DNA of 64,000 nucleotides from Pseudomonadota bacterium (lineage in GTDB: Bacteria; Pseudomonadota; Gammaproteobacteria; Burkholderiales; Methylophilaceae): contig JAZJYS010000003.1 of assembly GCA_040390265.1 (NCBI GenBank), positions 6,129-70,128 on the forward strand. The letters are read 5' to 3'. The position numbers and the translations under genes are program-made. This document shows positions 62,093 to 64,000 of the stretch, piece after piece (position 1 is the first letter of the stretch; the number at the start of each line of letters is the position of its first letter). The notes under the pieces are model-generated. The model had not been told where the DNA came from. It did not search any database and worked only from the letters and a program-made list of their open reading frames with translations.

Positions 62093-63021
62093 TAGAAATA
62101 GCCTTCTTTCTTACGTTGTTCCATACTTGCATCGGAGGTTTGGTCATCCAGACGCGTTGCGCCGCGCTCGGTAATGGTAGATGTTGCTGTTTCGAGTACG
62201 ATTTTAGCAACGGTATCGGCATCGCTGATGACGGGTGCTGTGCAGCTGATGTCGCCTACAGTTCTGAAGCGCACTTGCATATCAATGATTTCTTCACCCG
62301 CTTTAACTAAGTTGGTGATCTCGCCATTAGCGAGTGGCACATTCACTGGCACGATAGAGCCGCCACGCATGACTACTGGGCGGTTATGTGCGAAGTAAAT
62401 GCTAGGTAATGCCAATTTTTCACGTTCGATATATTGCCAAACGTCCATTTCTGTCCAGTTGGAAATAGGGAAGGCGCGAATGTTTTCGCCTTTGTGGGAG
62501 CGTGCGTTGTAAAGATTCCACAGTTCAGGGCGTTGATTTTTTGGATCCCATTGACCGAATTCATCGCGGAAACTCATGATGCGTTCTTTGGCGCGAGCTT
62601 TTTCTTCATCGCGGCGCGCACCACCGATACAGCAATCAAAACCAAACTCTTCAATCGCTTCAAGCAATGTGACAGATTGATGCTTATTGCGAGATTCATC
62701 CTCTGATTTCAATACTACGGTACCGCGCTTCATTGAATCTTCAACTGAACGTACGATGAGTCTTTCACCCAACTCAGCGGCACGTTGGTCACGGAAGTCG
62801 AGAACTTCTTGATAGTTGTGACCTGTATCAATGTGCATCAGCGGAAACGGGAAGCGGCCTGGACGGAAAGCCTTCTCAGCCAGACGTAGAATACATAGCG
62901 AGTCTTTGCCGCCTGAAAATAGCAATACTGGATTAGAGCATTGCCCAGCGACTTCGCGCAGAATGTAGATGGCTTCGGACTCGAGCCAATCTAGATGAGA
63001 TAATGGTTGTTTAGTTGTCAT
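62092..63021 (-). CDS. cysD: Sulfate adenylyltransferase subunit 2
   Basis: LFSGGKDS, GGARRDEEKARAKER, QRPELW and KKEGYF. Confidence 0.97.
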   Translation of the reverse strand: MTTKQPLSHLDWLESEAIYILREVAGQCSNPVLLFSGGKDSLCILRLAEKAFRPGRFPFPLMHIDTGHNYQEVLDFRDQRAAELGERLIVRSVEDSMKRGTVVLKSEDESRNKHQSVTLLEAIEEFGFDCCIGGARRDEEKARAKERIMSFRDEFGQWDPKNQRPELWNLYNARSHKGENIRAFPISNWTEMDVWQYIEREKLALPSIYFAHNRPVVMRGGSIVPVNVPLANGEITNLVKAGEEIIDMQVRFRTVGDISCTAPVISDADTVAKIVLETATSTITERGATRLDDQTSDASMEQRKKEGYF

Positions 63022-63069
63022 TGTTTTAGATCTTAAGTGTTGAATCTTAAAGTTTGAATCTGAAAAGGT

Positions 63070-63819
63070 TTATTTCTTTACGTGTAGTCCGCATTCTTTA
63101 TTCAGTGGATCTTCCCACCACCATCTGCCAGCACGTACGTCCTCACCCATCGCAATGGCGCGGGTACAAGGTGCACAGCCGATACTAGGATAAAACTGGT
63201 CATGCAGTTTGTTATATGGCACATTGAACATGCGAATGTACGCCCAAACTTCTTTCTCGGTCCAATTGCTTAAAGGGTTGAATTTTTCAAGTTTATTGCC
63301 TTCGTCAAACTGACGGAATGGCAAGTCAACACGCGTAGTTGATTGTTCTGCGCGCATGCCAGTCACCCAAGCTTTTTTGCCTTTTAATGCGCGTTGTAAC
63401 GGTTCTACTTTGCGCATAAAGCAGCAGGCTTTGCGTAACTCGATGCTTTCGTAGAAAGCGTTGATGCCATTGGTTCTGACGTAGTTTTCTACTGGCTCTG
63501 CTTGCGGAAAGAAGAGCTTGAGTTTGGTGTTGTAGGTGCGCTCAGTTTCCGCAATCAGGTCATAGGTTTCAACCGGCAGGCGACCTGTGTCTAATGAGAA
63601 TATTTCAATCGCCAGATTTTCACGCTGAATAATATCCGTTAACACCATGTCCTCAGCACCCATGCTATTGGCAAAGGTGATTTCATGCTGGTTGCCGAAC
63701 TCTTGAATAGCCTCGTTTAATAAGGCAATCACTTGTGCGCGTTTTTGCTTAACAGAGGCTTGTAGTGCCTCTGTTAATTCAGGTGATGTGGCTGGATTGC
63801 TTGCCGCAGGCCGCAGCAT
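63070..63819 (-). CDS. cysH: APS/PAPS reductase (Fe-S-binding APS-reductase type)
   Basis: LDTG, KACC..RK, SIGCAPCT and KECGLH. Alternative start at 63837. Confidence 0.92.
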   Translation of the reverse strand: MLRPAASNPATSPELTEALQASVKQKRAQVIALLNEAIQEFGNQHEITFANSMGAEDMVLTDIIQRENLAIEIFSLDTGRLPVETYDLIAETERTYNTKLKLFFPQAEPVENYVRTNGINAFYESIELRKACCFMRKVEPLQRALKGKKAWVTGMRAEQSTTRVDLPFRQFDEGNKLEKFNPLSNWTEKEVWAYIRMFNVPYNKLHDQFYPSIGCAPCTRAIAMGEDVRAGRWWWEDPLNKECGLHVKK

Positions 63820-63837
63820 AGAGACTTCACCGTTCAC

Positions 63838-64000
63838 TTATGCGCTCCGATTTACTCTACGCCATACAGGCAGGCTGTCATCAACTGCACCTTGATAGGG
63901 CTGGTTAAAGTCAGTCAAGCTTTGTAGCGCTTCTACAGCATTTCTGTCGGCGCGAACCAAGTAACTGTCAAAGCCTGAGCGCTTTAAGAAATACAGTTGA
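63838..64000 (-). CDS. DUF934-family protein, C-terminal part (truncated by window edge)
   Basis: Hand translation gives QLYFLKRSGFDSYLVRADR...FNQPYQGAVDD.LPVWRR*, at the usual position upstream of cysH. Confidence 0.8.
   Translation of the reverse strand, partial: QLYFLKRSGFDSYLVRADRNAVEALQSLTDFNQPYQGAVDDSLPVWRRVNRSA

Overview
A gene-dense, mostly core-chromosome window from a betaproteobacterium. Protein sequences and composition suggest Methylophilaceae (Methylotenera-like); that assignment is inference, not a database result. I saw no rRNA, tRNA, CRISPR array, transposase, integrase or phage genes. Contents in order: rluB; cytochrome c; dapD-arsC-like-dapE-prmB-methyltransferase; M48 peptidase; kup; xseA; dsbB-cysM; a YdbH-YnbE-YdbL-type operon; exonuclease and rlmD; a microoxic island (ompW, hemN, fnr, radical SAM, D-LDH, ccoNOQPGH-ubiM) with three perfect FNR boxes; a peptide-ABC/YkuD/nagZ operon; yccA and tadA; a LysR-pirin redox cluster; a diguanylate cyclase/HD-hydrolase islet after surE-pcm-nlpD (no rpoS); purB-tamAB-NYN-wrbA-hugZ; class I fumarase; an EF-hand protein; and cysH-cysD-cysN-fdxA. 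Two real small genes (ynbE-like and ccoQ) and a partial DUF934 gene are missing from the ORF track. The best candidate for a poorly described system is the operon at 28984-33784, which looks like an ABC-type muropeptide importer fused with cytoplasmic recycling enzymes (ElsL-like L,D-carboxypeptidase and NagZ). Other leads are a hairpin-rich spacer upstream of ccoN, ubiM appended to the cbb3 operon, a Cys-containing micro-ORF before fumarase, and an exported single-EF-hand protein. All family assignments are from motif recognition by eye.
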